Below, one piece after another: positions 39,101 to 46,812 of a DNA stretch of 64,000 nt (positions are counted from its first letter, which is position 1; the number at the start of each line of letters is the position of its first letter). The position numbers and the translations under genes are program-made. The notes beneath the pieces are model-generated. The model ran no database searches. It saw nothing but the letters and a program-made list of their open reading frames with translations, and was not told the origin of the DNA. Origin of the DNA: Veleropilina oligotropha (taxonomy: Eukaryota); assembly GCA_048128005.1 (NCBI GenBank), contig JBEUKZ010000031.1, forward strand, positions 248,001 to 312,000, given 5' to 3'.

Positions 39101-41652
39101 GCGCCTATATGCGGGTCAATACGGTATATAAACAAGCGCTTGCTCAGCCTATTTTCACTCGGCTGAATTTATCCTAATTTGTGTACACATAAATATTATA
39201 TAGATTACTGAATGTGATGCTGTAACAATTAAATTAGAAGGAATGTTTTGTTGTATCTATCGTTTTGTAATATCAAAGTTTGTTTTCAAGCATATTATGT
39301 TTTGTTTATAGCTAACTGGTACGCCGATGCGTGTATCGAAGAAACTTCAGATAAATGTTTATTTGCAGAACTTGTCACATGTTGAGTAAGTATATTTCTT
39401 AAAGATTCTGTGCCGGCAATTGTTGATTTTTGAATTATTGAAACTAATTTGGCAGCATTGCTGCAACCTAATAGTAATATCTATTTATGGCAATGCTTAT
39501 ATATGTGTGATCGTTACTGTTGGTCTAATTATACCACTCTTCATGGTCATACCTGGTCATGTCCATATTATCACAGAATGAAAGCCTGGTTGCCCTGGAA
39601 AACCCACATTCACCGGCTAGCTATGGACAACTGTGACTGTTAACTGAACAAAATACCCAGCCAAGGATTAGAAGCCACTTCTGTGGAGTCACGCTCACAT
39701 CAATTACAATGGGCGGCCTTTGATTCAGGGTTCGCACAGGTCCTTGAAGTCATGGAAAGTCATGGAATTGTATTGGTGCTGTTTCAAGGCCCTTAAAGTC
39801 ATGGAAAATCAGACATTTTAGCAGAAAGTTTTGGAAAAGTCATTGAATTTTATTTTTCATTGTTGTTATCTGACTAAAATGTGTCTCTGTGGTGGTTGGA
39901 GAATAAAATTTAGCTATAATAATACAAATTAAATGGAGTGCAGACTAAGCAGGGTTTGGTTTAGGGTTACCTTGGAACTATTTCATATTCAGAGAGATAC
40001 CCTTGAAATTCGGAAATTAGTCCTTGAAAGTCCTTGAAATTCTGCTTTGGAAATCTGTATGAACCCTGTTGATTATATGTAATGTCAATCACCTGCGCAT
40101 GCATCTGACGCTATTGTGGTATGGTACAACGACTGCCCTTGCTGGTGGCACTACTTTAATTTCAATCGAAAATCTGTTGCTCTGAGCGATTTCCTTGATG
40201 TCAATAGACCCAATTACGTGTGTTGTATATGTATTCATATGTCAATACTAGTTATTGTTTAATTCGCTCTCAGTGGAGTTGGACATCAAAATGCATTATA
40301 TTCGAACTGCTGGCCTTTCAAATGAGTGACTCTCTCACACAGTATTTATGTAGTCGATATTTCATATTGAATGACGGCTAAATTAAATATTACATTTTAA
40401 TAAGCGGTGGATGTTAGCAAAAAACTGAAACAATCTTTCTTCACTTGTGACCGCATCTCATTGTTCCCAAATGACATTTTATAAATACATTTATATACAC
40501 TTAGGACTATTTGCTCTGGGACGTCGCTTCATTTCAAAATATACGGGATATATGAATGCATTTTAGGGTAATCACTAGGATACCAATCTTGCAAATATAA
40601 AATGGAAGTGAAATAAAATAAATTAAAATGTCACGTCATGAACGAGATGAGGTGATTGGCCTCATGGCGGACACCAGCTGTCGCAGAGATTGTATTGGGC
40701 ACAACAGGGGCGATAACTCTCTGCTTGGAGATTGATGTAATGTTACATATAATCGTAATTTTTAATGAAGCAAAGCTTTATTAATAAAGCATTATTTATT
40801 TCATACTGGCGCATTGGCAATGTATTAGTAACTTTTCTATCTTCCATTTTTAGTGAGACAAAACTGATCACACCCGTCTATTACCCCATCTTGTGGCTGA
40901 ATGAGGTACGTATCTAGTAATATTACCAACAATACCAGCAATACCTTGTAGTAAATAATCGACAACACCAAGTTCATGTTGCCTTGTTTGTCCGTGCATA
41001 GATTTATGCTAATGCAAAATCATGCTAAACTCCTGTCAGATCACTGACTTGAAGAAAGTTGAGTCGAATCAGAGTTTAGATTTGTGACTGTCAAATTTGA
41101 TCAGATGCTTAGTGAGTATATAGAAACGACCAAAACATGGTTATAATGCGGTTGTAAAATTGAACCGATACACATCAAATAAAATAAGATCTTGAATGAA
41201 ATGACAGTAGTATACAAGGATGCAAGACAGGACAGCCATCTTAAGAACTCGACTATAATGGTAAGATGGAGAGAGTCCTGGCCTTGCAGATGCAGGAACA
41301 ATGCCCAATATCCTTAATCAGGTAGTGGAGAACAATCGCCAAGGCCCAGCATTATGATGAGCATTATCATTAAGGAAAAATGTTGGAGCTGCTAGATTTA
41401 TGAAGATCATGATGATGACAGTGTCCGCTTCCCATGCATGATACTTACCATATTACATCGGCTTCTGTCACCTGACGTCTGTAGGGGATGTCACCGTCAT
41501 GTGAAGCTGACGATGAGAATTCACAAAGTTTTTGCACACCTGACATTCTGCTATTTAATTTTTATTGAATAAATATTATTACCGCTGCCATTATGACATT
41601 TGACTTTTCATGCCTTACCGTAGTAATCATTTTGTATTGTATCATATGCATA

Positions 41653-41695
<43 letters not shown>

Positions 41696-43744
41696 GCTAC
41701 TGAATTAATGTTTGTACTGGCGATACCCACTACCAAATTCATAATTTGCATATATTACCACCACTCGTTCAGCCACACATAATTATGTTGTATTGTGTTA
41801 GAGGTAGTCTCTATTTCCATATGTGTTTGAAAAGATATTGATGCTTTGTAAATTATAAACATGACACTTTGTAATGATTGGTTCTTTTAAGCTCTGAAGC
41901 TTAACATTCTTTGCGCTGTATCATTCAAACAGATTAAAAGTCAATATTTTTATCTTTCTTGATCTGTTAATATTTAAAATGTGTTCCTTTATTCTTTTGT
42001 AGAGTGCTAGCCTTGATGATGCGACAGCAAACGAATTTAAACAGAAAGTTTTAGATCCAATTAACATAACGCAAGCGGTGCAGTATGGCATTATCACAAT
42101 TGGGGCATTTATTCTCATATGCACTCTCCTATTTGTTGCAAAGACAATTATTGTTGACAAAAAGGCAAGTAATCTTAAAATACACAATTACATGTAGCAA
42201 TTTTATGATGATGAAGTCGATGCGTAATGTTATTGACCTTAACAAAGAACTATCAACAAACAAACGATAGTATAGTATTATAATGCACAATGTTTTAAGT
42301 TTGATACTTTCCAAACAATAGTTACATCCTCATCGATTGAATTGCCAACATTTTTCTTGTCAATGTGTTTGAAATAGAGCAAACAACCAGTTTGACTTTG
42401 ATTAGAACTAGTGATGTGCATTATATTTCCCCAAATTCGAACGATAGCGAGATATATTGTTTGTTCTCTTTTCACCTAATTTCCGTCGGGATGCAATGCG
42501 TTCTATTTGCTAAACTGCGCAAAATGCGTGCAGCTCCTCACGTAGTTGTATCCTGTAAAAATCCATAGCCACTTTGAAACTCTTGTTTTTGTTATTGACC
42601 CAGAATGGAAAGTCGTATTGACACGGAAGCTTCACTGATGTAATGATGATGATGAATTGATGTTTAATGACCACGCCAAGTGTATTTCTGTCATAGTTCA
42701 GATCAATCAACGTTGATTGATGAAATGAATTGGTGCTGTGTGCAATAGAAGCAGCGATCATGGGAAATACCACAGGTGCCATTTTGAAAAAAATCGTTAT
42801 TGCTACTCGTTGATAACAGTTAATTAAGTCATATTTAAATTGAAACTTTAATGGTTTAATGATATGCAGGAACATTGAAATTTTGCTTCATAACATCCAC
42901 ACTATATTGACTCTGATGCCAGCTATTGAGTATTGCCCCTGACTGCTAGGCAATACAATCAGTTGATTTTACGCACGCATTTATGTCTGTTCCATGCTGT
43001 TTTTGAAATGAAAAATAATGCAGATTCAACCAATATTACAATATCACAATAAATACAATTATCACATGACAAAGCTGTTATGGAACGGTAGAAGCAGTTA
43101 CATAAATTTCGATACAAAAGACACGTCTCATAAGTATGCAAATGAGGGCGATCATGATGCCAGGTCGACGCATCTGGCACCAAGTTGATTACTTGATTAG
43201 GCGGCGCATCACCCTCATTAACATATTGAATAATTCATACGCGTTGACACGTCGATTACTGACAAAGCAAAGATGCTGAACTATTTTTTATTGGCGTACT
43301 GGCGTGGCGCGTGCTTTCGAGGCGTGATGCGTCTGGGGCATTGCAATTTATGGCTGAAATTACTGATAGAAATGAGTTTTAAAACATAAAGAAATGAGTT
43401 TAAAAATGCAATAAAATAAGTTTAAAGGTAAATAAAGTCATGTGATAAAGAAGATATCAAACTTGTTTCCATTTCATATGAGAATTATGAAATGGACACT
43501 CGTTCGATATGCTCTATTTATCATAACAGTAAAAGTATTAAAATGGTAATATGTCTACATTTATTTTGAATAGCATCCTTAATAAATTTTGTTTGGTGCA
43601 TCTGTTGTTTTATTTTCTGTTTATATTAGTTCATTCTCCGATGCTTTTGTTTCTGTTATTAAATTGTTTTGATTTACTTTTCAGGCTGACCGCCCATTGT
43701 TAGTGAATCCGGATACTGCTCGATTAGTTACTAATGAAGCATAG
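2985..43744 (+). CDS. SCARB2: CD36-family scavenger receptor class B, LIMP-2/SCARB2-like; 12 exons in window, 5' exon(s) upstream
   Basis: Exons 2985-3145, 5846-5987, 10280-10492, 11365-11456, 11852-11901, 23170-23239, 27255-27433, 38045-38163, 39312-39385, 40854-40905, 42003-42164 and 43685-43744 have matching phases and total 1374 nt (457 aa + stop). CD36-family motifs GPYTYRE, LMWGYPDPLL, INGSDGT, NAGFCTPAGNCLPAGLLNIS, PHFY, TGTPM..KKLQIN and PILWLNE, then a C-terminal TM. The symbol means best resemblance, not proven orthology. Confidence 0.93.
5131..5729 (+). mobile_element. HINE-like element related to 1801-2035, with internal tandem repeats
   Basis: Same 5' and 3' ends; core ttcatagattgacttgatacttcatacacttgcttatcatc is repeated 3 times. 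Confidence 0.75.
5846..5987 (+). CDS. SCARB2-like exon (ERRQKVNITFNKNDTISY...TLNLPLV)
   Basis: tttaccag acceptor, gtatgt donor, phase 2 to 0. Confidence 0.93.
6312..6574 (-). mobile_element. tRNA-derived SINE, copy 1
   Basis: Minus strand has A-box TAGCGCAGTGG, B-box-like GGATCGACCCC and a (CCT)n tail; TSD acattgcaatga at 6300-6311 and 6575-6586; 4 copies in window. Confidence 0.85.
6598..8075. repeat. 45-bp minisatellite, about 33 copies
   Basis: Unit tcttcgactctgtcaccgagaaggcctggcgtaagttggaggtag; very few variants. Confidence 0.97.
8505..9677 (+). mobile_element. HINE-like element with an internal array of degenerate repeats
   Basis: 5' tttttatcccatcgg, 3' subTIR ccgatgggataa plus hairpin gtgtggctcccacac; repeated gacgtgaacatgatatcaggaaaaccg...ggtatgcaggtttattgggacataaac units. 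Confidence 0.7.
10280..10492 (+). CDS. SCARB2-like exon (TLATMLRY...LMWGYPDPLL...FGLFYN)
   Basis: ttttgcag acceptor, gtaagt donor, phase 0 to 0. Confidence 0.93.
11365..11456 (+). CDS. SCARB2-like exon (QNGTDDGLYTIFTG...IDKWNGV)
   Basis: ttttag acceptor, gtatgt donor, phase 0 to 2. Confidence 0.92.
11852..11901 (+). CDS. SCARB2-like exon (ALTHWTSKAANVINGS)
   Basis: ttgtag acceptor, gtgagt donor, phase 2 to 1. Confidence 0.9.
13103..13290. repeat. DIRS left ITR
   Basis: Reverse complement of 20334-20521; only one mismatch seen in 188 bp. Confidence 0.93.
14153..16442 (+). pseudogene. DIRS gag-like ORF1, frameshifted
   Basis: N-terminal Cys/His cluster (CSEPEC...HTVCRIHRNC...CAKC); ORFs 14153-15043 and 15147-16442 overlap in different frames (second frame open from 14985); the basic tail AKPSKRARPSRGG...RGKPSRP* lies in a third frame from about 16258. 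Confidence 0.8.
16274..18445 (+). CDS. DIRS pol: reverse transcriptase, RNase H and Dam-like methyltransferase domain
   Basis: FLVPKPDG..RPILDL, IDLTDAY, YLDDW; RNase H YTDAS / HINFLEL / TDN / ADSLSR; MT-like VDLFAT...YAFPP. RT motif B reads YQFR-FGLSSAP and lacks the usual ALP. Confidence 0.9.
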   Translation: MPDLLGVGLRPGNPARRSALQQNPVRAGEGSRRGPRVAGTRDEHSCALPPVGACLLSYSQTWLELTDSSWVHSVVSAGYKLAFNRHPTLSVTPPPRHARLLHGEKQAVLDQAVRDLLLKGAIYPAPPSTPGFYSHFFLVPKPDGRWRPILDLSHLNRYLRTEKFQQETLSKIRAAIRPGDWAASIDLTDAYLHVPMHVSAHQYLRFIHGETIYQFRFGLSSAPYVFTRVVQALGAFLHSLGHRVHMYLDDWLILGASRDQCLQSMSVTLSSAKRLGLQINNEKSCFVPSTTFTFLGVVFDTVRYTAKPTEKRFVNLRAVIQDTRSSGIATARQLATVLGHIESVAPLLPTGRMDKRPLQQAFRDRWVQRTGQWTDRIDLRHWFNHSTAVWLNPALPSQSVPISPPEPNAFLYTDASNEGWGGHLDSYETSGLWPTDLQGRHINFLELEAVYLTVRSLSSHLRNKHILLATDNTTVVAYVQHQGGTRSRPLCDRAIDLHRLVMSLNSTIRARHIPGILNVRADSLSRKSQIIHTEWTLHSQVAREICRRWSQPQVDLFATEFNHRLPLYVSPYPDPAALAVDTLSMPWENLIAYAFPPSSILRLVLQKASRDRCEITLIAPLNRTQSWFPTLLDLIVDRPLALPQRPDLLMQPRSRVLHPSSNELRLHAWRLSNDRLLRKDFLAQQPSAFTDREDNLHLKSMTTDGQNMWIGVTGGKSIYSVPL
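17389..19359 (+). CDS. DIRS tyrosine recombinase, overlapping pol; recognisable domain from about 18277
   Basis: SAM-like N-domain (RRQSTSKVYDYRW), catalytic GKRVSEI, LNCPV, AHETR, GYW, FVKHY. Confidence 0.9.
   Translation: MDGSYRSSPLVQSLDSSVAEPCIAEPVGSHFPARAERLPIHGRFERGLGGSPRQLRDIGPMADGPAGTTHKLPRVRSGLPDSTVPLVTSPQQAHTARHGQHDCRCIRSTPGRHSLASPVRPGYRPTPPSDVPQLDDTSTTHPGNIERPSGLALSEIADNTHRVDATQPGSSGNLSPVVTTPSRSVCNRVQSPTPSVCLPVPGPGRPSGRHAVNAMGESDRVRLSPVVHTTTCTTEGIARSLRDNVNSASKSHAVLVSDSSRSHRRSTACATAKAGPANATALTGVTPVVERTSFTRMAVIERSLVEKGFSRATALRIYRSRRQSTSKVYDYRWSKYVDWCHRREVNILRPPVNKFIEFITSLFERGLSVSAVKGYRASISTTLKQCRSRLDLSSDRTISDLIRSYELERPICMARPPAWNIILILNALLESPFEPLRNASIRNLTYKTVFLIAFASGKRVSEIHSFSAELRDIRFQSDGSVILRPILGFIAKNQRPGDIALEVVIPTLSIVGRNDIDRLNCPVSALRYYLDRTRDFRRGKKRLFISYLPNFTRDVSKNTISRWICRTVQQIYSSSNEADRNLIAVRAHETRAISTSLAFRHCLNITSLLQAGYWRNPNVFVKHYLRDFSTGADGLSSVQCVAAQHCITRTSRSNTQ
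20170..20258. repeat. DIRS internal complementary region (ICR)
   Basis: Left half is the reverse complement of 13084-13121 and right half of 20511-20561; together they encode the circle junction cctct|tattagtagc. Confidence 0.92.
20334..20521. repeat. DIRS right ITR, followed by a 3' extension to 20561
   Basis: Reverse complement of 13103-13290. Confidence 0.93.
23170..23239 (+). CDS. SCARB2-like exon (DGTIYPPFVKETSILSIFNTDIFR)
   Basis: ttgcag acceptor, gtaagt donor, phase 1 to 2. Confidence 0.92.
23667..23736. repeat. 21-bp tandem repeat, about 3 copies
   Basis: aatgtctgtccttcagaccttc-type unit repeated. Confidence 0.8.
23772..24595 (-). mobile_element. HINE-like element with about 147-bp internal tandem repeats
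   Basis: CTAG end, hairpin cctcgac..gtcgagg, subTIR gtatcccc / ggggatac, about 5 units of aaatggctgcc..gccatcttggat..cataccaaatttgaatcaaatcgg. Confidence 0.75.
26100..26700 (+). mobile_element. Probable HINE-like element with 3 degenerate internal repeats
   Basis: 5' tttagcgg...ccgct stem and gtcc motif; repeated aaatgtgaata..aaactgtc..ataactttttt..gagccttccttatg. Confidence 0.55.
27255..27433 (+). CDS. SCARB2-like exon (SIIAVFEK...NAGFCTPAGNCLPAGLLNISRYKQ)
   Basis: tttttcag acceptor, first gtgagt donor of the 28-bp array, phase 2 to 1. Confidence 0.92.
27423..28094 (+). repeat. 28-bp minisatellite (24 copies) built from the exon-7 donor junction
   Basis: Unit GTACAAGCAAG|gtgagtatctctgacag; 672 bp = 24 x 28. 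Confidence 0.96.
28477..28838 (+). pseudogene. HIRAN-domain-like ORF with one frameshift
   Basis: IRGFHVYKSMWTPHIGQKL / NNQFDKYAVAVKLDSEVVGHIPRE...GGLEIEC fits the HIRAN pattern N..D..AV.V.....VG.IP. Confidence 0.7.
29622..30662 (-). CDS. Tyrosine recombinase of the Ngaro-like element, open frame
   Basis: FARKSNIVP, WSKTIQ, LCPV, GHSFRRGGAS, HGDWRSDAYLEY give the full R-K-H-R-W-Y set. Confidence 0.92.
   Translation of the reverse strand: MCINPFQHLIMIPCLSFTDELDVLREQTNKTLQSAFATGSMSNLWSQWRTYFILCMYFKYVNPLPATCDMACCFVQFLARSLKSTQSITNYVHGVQVLHQLCNLVFAHQSSYRYKLLMRGLTNILQHTKRKVLPMSPDILLKLYNVLNLSDPLHCTLWCAFLFGFFLFARKSNIVPPSASKFDSKKHLQRKDIFLCETGLLVYIKWSKTIQACERYLLVPLSSIPGSPLCPVTAFMRMTEAVNVPADSPLFMYPASNGFVPLTHSSFTLHLRRLLALIGFPALSYSGHSFRRGGASWAFRSGVPGELIQLHGDWRSDAYLEYLEFSTETKLSVSIKMGQGILSLCV
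30662..32849 (-). pseudogene. Ngaro-like pol (RT + RNase H) with a frameshift near 30826
   Basis: SPLNSVPK..RRVILDLS, DLRRAYRQ, YLDDF; RNase H ASDAC / HINTLEL / CDN; the conserved VHVPGASNRLPDCLSRW continues in another frame to TAA at 30664-30662. Confidence 0.9.
32492..32790 (-). repeat. 33-bp coding tandem repeat (11-aa unit, about 9 copies) in the pol N-terminus
   Basis: SDTAEEASVCS / SDMADEASVFS units. Confidence 0.85.
33243..34760 (+). mobile_element. Tc1-family DNA transposon
   Basis: About 26-bp imperfect TIRs (c/t)actgaactac(t/a)ttaaaaa(a/c)gcacca; TA TSD at 33241-33242 and 34761-34762. Confidence 0.93.
33551..34567 (+). CDS. Tc1 transposase, DD34E, intact 338 aa
   Basis: Paired-like HTH (MPRLSPDERGRAIG...RPRPGQP), FSDES, QQDNA, 34 aa, SPIEHVW; TATA-like tataaa at 33484. 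Confidence 0.95.
   Translation: MPRLSPDERGRAIGMAQAGLAARDIARQLGCHHSTILRLIIRFQQTGVSRDRPRPGQPLVTTPRQDRNIVRAHLRDRTLPASRTAPTVMGRRGPICAHTVRRRLRNARLCCRRPYVGPILTQRHRNARLQWANRHRQWRLQQWHGVMFSDESRFHLRNADGRVRVWRRQGERYRDDCVVQTDRWGGGSVMVWGGISHDNRTELHVCRGRVNAVYYRDNILRQHVLPEFGQRRGQLHTFQQDNARVHTARVSMDFLEQHNIPVLPWPALSPDLSPIEHVWDEIGRRLSRLPQMNNVRQLEAALQQEWRQLPQASIRALILSMRRRCTACVNAQSGHTRY
36704..36869. mobile_element. Small palindromic MITE-like element
   Basis: tcatatcgacgccttagggcagcaaacctgtaa is inverted at the right end, with an internal duplicate pair. Confidence 0.65.
37313..37719. repeat. Degenerate tandem repeat, about 5 units of 80-95 bp
   Basis: Repeated atgccaacttcatgtaatgtggtatgctaactcaccttgacctacccttgc. 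Confidence 0.8.
37721..37957 (+). mobile_element. HINE-like element, near-identical to 1801-2035
   Basis: Same subTIRs, (GTCC)n tract, hairpin and CTAG end. Confidence 0.8.
38045..38163 (+). CDS. SCARB2-like exon (DAPVVSSQPHFYQA...HETYLDLEA)
   Basis: tttcag acceptor, gtaagt donor, phase 1 to 0. Confidence 0.93.
38594..39124. mobile_element. pogo/Tigger-like MITE
   Basis: About 37-bp TIR ccgtattgacccgcatata(a/g)gcgca.gcgcctataag; TA TSD. Confidence 0.85.
39312..39385 (+). CDS. SCARB2-like exon (LTGTPMRVSKKLQINVYLQNLSHV)
   Basis: ttatag acceptor, gtaagt donor, phase 0 to 2. Confidence 0.92.
39726..40068. mobile_element. Unclassified MITE
   Basis: Termini cagggttc / gaaccctg, subterminal gtccttgaa repeats, 6-bp direct repeat ttgatt on both flanks. 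Confidence 0.7.
40854..40905 (+). CDS. SCARB2-like exon (ETKLITPVYYPILWLNE)
   Basis: tttttag acceptor, gtacgt donor, phase 2 to 0. Confidence 0.92.
42003..42164 (+). CDS. SCARB2-like exon with C-terminal TM helix (SASLDDATA...YGIITIGAFILICTLLFVAKTIIVDKK)
   Basis: ttttgtag acceptor; hydrophobic TM; 3' end inferred at a non-canonical AAG|GCAAGT donor. Confidence 0.85.
43685..43744 (+). CDS. SCARB2-like terminal exon (ADRPLLVNPDTARLVTNEA*)
   Basis: Long pyrimidine tract and tttcag acceptor; in frame with the GC donor; dileucine DRPLL recalls the LIMP-2 lysosomal tail. Confidence 0.75.
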   Translation, partial: ADRPLLVNPDTARLVTNEA

Positions 43745-43985
43745 TGGACAGAACCGAGGCTGACCGCCCATTGTTAGTGAATCCGGATACTGCTCGATTA
43801 GTTACTAATGAAGCATAGTGGACAGAACCGAGGCTGACCGCCCATTGTTAGTGAATCCGGATACTGCTCGATTAGTTACTAATGAAGCATAGTGGACAGA
43901 ACCGAGGCTGACCGCCCATTGTTAGTGAATCCGGATACTGCGCGATTAGTTACTAATGAAGCATAGTGGACAGAACCGAGGCTGA
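43685..43985 (+). repeat. 74-bp tandem repeat (4 copies) of the terminal coding exon
   Basis: Units start at 43685, 43759, 43833 and 43907; AGGCTGA microhomology at both ends. Confidence 0.95.
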
Positions 43986-44749
43986 TCTCTAATAACTCTG
44001 GATTTGATATTCTAATGTTGGCTTACTTAACTTAACTTCCATGATTGATGTCGAGGTTTGCAATATGATTGCTCCTATGCATATATGTATTTTGGTTCAG
44101 ATTATATATATTTTTCATCACTACTAATTCTTATATAACCTGTTTGGCAACATTCGTGTTTCTTTTAAGATGCTAATTAATATAACCAACTAGTGGCAGA
44201 TCGAGTACAGGCTATATAATGTGCCTCAAATGCTAGAGAGCAATCAAACCTTGTTACTGTTATACAGTACCCTGAAACGAAGTTAGGGTGGGTATATTGG
44301 AATCATCTTGTATGTCTTTCCGGACTACTCCTCCCAACCTGCTGCACAGATCAAGATTTCATTGACACCTGGCAAACATGCTCGCTACATCATGTTGTTG
44401 TGCACCTATGACGATTATTATCGACCGTTTGCCCAATTGACTGATATTCGTTTGTACAAAATTCAAAATTAAATGTCCACTGTTAAATTAACTTAGTCAC
44501 TGTTTGTACAACATCTTGAGATTTCTATACTGAGAATTTGTATACATGTCAGGTTGGAAGGATGAAGGTATTAGTTATCTTCTGGTTAGCAGTAAATTTA
44601 AAGAATTAATTTGAATCTAGTTGGTAGTGTTATATATCTGATGAACGATTTAGCTCAAGGATGTTGTTTGAATTTTATGTTATGTTTTCATAGATGGAAA
44701 TAAATATTTATTTTATTCATATGCTAGTGATAGATGAGTGGTATAATAA

Positions 44750-45255
44750 TTATGTCTCCCCTACCCTGTGGGGAGACATATTGTTTTTGTACCGTCTGTC
44801 TGTCCGTCGTCTGTCTGTCACGCTTTGGTTTCCGGACGATAACTACCGTTCCCTTCCAGCGATTTTGTTCATATTTGGTACACATGTTGCTTATGAGGAG
44901 AGGTCGCTTGGGATTGCTTTTCCGGTTGGTGCGCCAAAGGTCATGTGATCTGTTACTAAAAATAGAATTTTGGCTCCGATTTGGTTTCCGGACGATAACT
45001 ATCGTTCCCTTTCAGCGATTTTGTTCATATTTGGTACACAGGTTGCTTATGAGGAGAGGTTGCTTCGGATTGCTTTTCAGGTCGGTGCGCCAACGGTCAT
45101 GTGACCTACCGTTTCTTATTTAGCAGGCAGGTTGCATATGAAGAAAGGATGCTATGGACTTGCATTTGAGGTCAAAGGTCACATGACCTGTTGCTAAAAA
45201 TAGAATTACAAGCAGGGGAGACATTCCTGTTATTGTGGACAATAACAACATCTAG
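44750..45255 (+). mobile_element. HINE-like element
   Basis: atgtctcccc..ggggagacat stem, (TCTG)n tract, two internal repeats, 3' subTIR ggggagacat, hairpin tgttattgt..acaataaca, CTAG end. Confidence 0.78.
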
Positions 45256-45650
45256 TTATGGTATGGTTTCGTCTGATGTTCACGTTAATTTCTGCATGGT
45301 ATCGACACTCTTTATTAATTAAATATAAAATTTTGAGTTTCAGAAATATTATTTAAAATGTTATCCAGCTTCTGTCCGTTTTTCAAAATACCAAAATTTT
45401 TGTTGCGCATGATATTTTAAACATTTTCTTATTTAATTCCAATTTTGTTCGACATTACTCAGGCCTCGAGGCAAATCATGTTGAACCGGATTATATTAAC
45501 TTTTTTGCCTTTGGTGGCAGGAAATCCTGCCCTATTCTTATTGAGTTGTCGAATACACAGCGGGTAAAGAGTTCAGCAACGTATGTTACGTTGATCAGTC
45601 TTAGGATTGGTGACCGAAAAGTGGTCGTATAACATGCAATGCAATCATTG

Positions 45651-45917
45651 GAGTAAGGAGGAGTAATTATGCTTAATGTCCTGTATATTTATAACATCGA
45701 GGTTCAAGGCAGGACATGTCCATGTTATCGCGGGAGGAAACCCCGGTCGCCGGGTAAACCCGCCCTCTTCGGCCAGTCACGGACAACTGTGCATCATAAC
45801 TTGAACAAATGTGTGCTGCCTCAGCCGGGGGTCGATCCCACTACTGTTCGCGTCAGTGGAAACAAGCCAGTGAATTTAGAGTGGACACTCTACCCACTGC
45901 GCTACCGAAGCGGCCAC
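45651..45917 (-). mobile_element. tRNA-derived SINE, copy 2
   Basis: Near-identical to copy 1; TSD tgcaatcattg at 45640-45650 and 45918-45928. Confidence 0.85.
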
Positions 45918-46181
45918 TGCAATCATTGAACAATCACTCAAGCAACAATCAATATTTCATGGATTTTTGTAACTTAAAACTTCTTCAACTTAATTGCATG
46001 CATATGTCATATCATGCAATAAAATAGTTTTTATCACAGCACATATAAGTGACTACTTGGCTACAATGTTATATATTTTGCTGGCTACAGATATGTTCAA
46101 ATTCATACATGTGCGGCGCGATGATGTGCACAAGGGCCTGTTCTTCCTTTTATTGTATATTTTATTTCTCATATAATGCTA

Positions 46182-46812
46182 CTAGCCAGGGTACCCGTCT
46201 TCGACGGGTGAGTCTCCCCACCTCATCAATAACCATCCAATAAAATTTGCAAGTGAATTTCTTATCTTGAACGCCTCTAACATTCCACGAAAGATCTGCA
46301 CTGAGTGCTAACTGCGACACGGGTCACGATGGCAACCGACTGTCAACAACAGGTCAAGTGCGCAGACTCGACGTCGCATTGATGCTTCCGTTCTGGAATG
46401 ACGTCATTACGATGACGCTTTTGAATAATCGTCATTGGATGATGTCACAATCGACGGGGTCAAAAAGTCTTGTAACGTTAAAAAAAATCCCCCCCCAAAA
46501 AACCACACCCGCCCCCCCCAAAAAAAAAATTGAAAGCGCCATAACCACCGCCTTGGTACCCTTAGTTCACATGCCAAATTTGGTGGAGATCGGTCCAGCC
46601 GTTTGTAACGTTATAACTGTTATGAAAATTCCCCCCCAAAAAAACCCCCCCCGCCCCCCCCAAAAAAAAAATTGAAAGCGCCATAACCACCGCCTTGGTA
46701 CCCTTAGTTCACATGCGAAATTTGGTGGAGATCGGTCCAGCCGTTTGGGAGCCTATAGGACACGCACACACACACACACAGACAGACAAACTCTCCACGA
46801 TTATAGTATAGA
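46182..46812 (-). mobile_element. Non-autonomous Helitron
   Basis: Minus strand A|TC...CTAG|T, 3' hairpin acccgtcttcgacgggt, (CA)n/(GACA)n near the 5' end, internal tandem duplication. Confidence 0.78.

Noticed and set aside
41200..41545. GC-richer patch with a possible minus-strand exon
   Set aside because: No recognisable protein, stops in candidate frames and no partner exons found.
42510..42875. 121-aa minus-strand ORF in the last intron
   Set aside because: No domain motifs or splice support visible.
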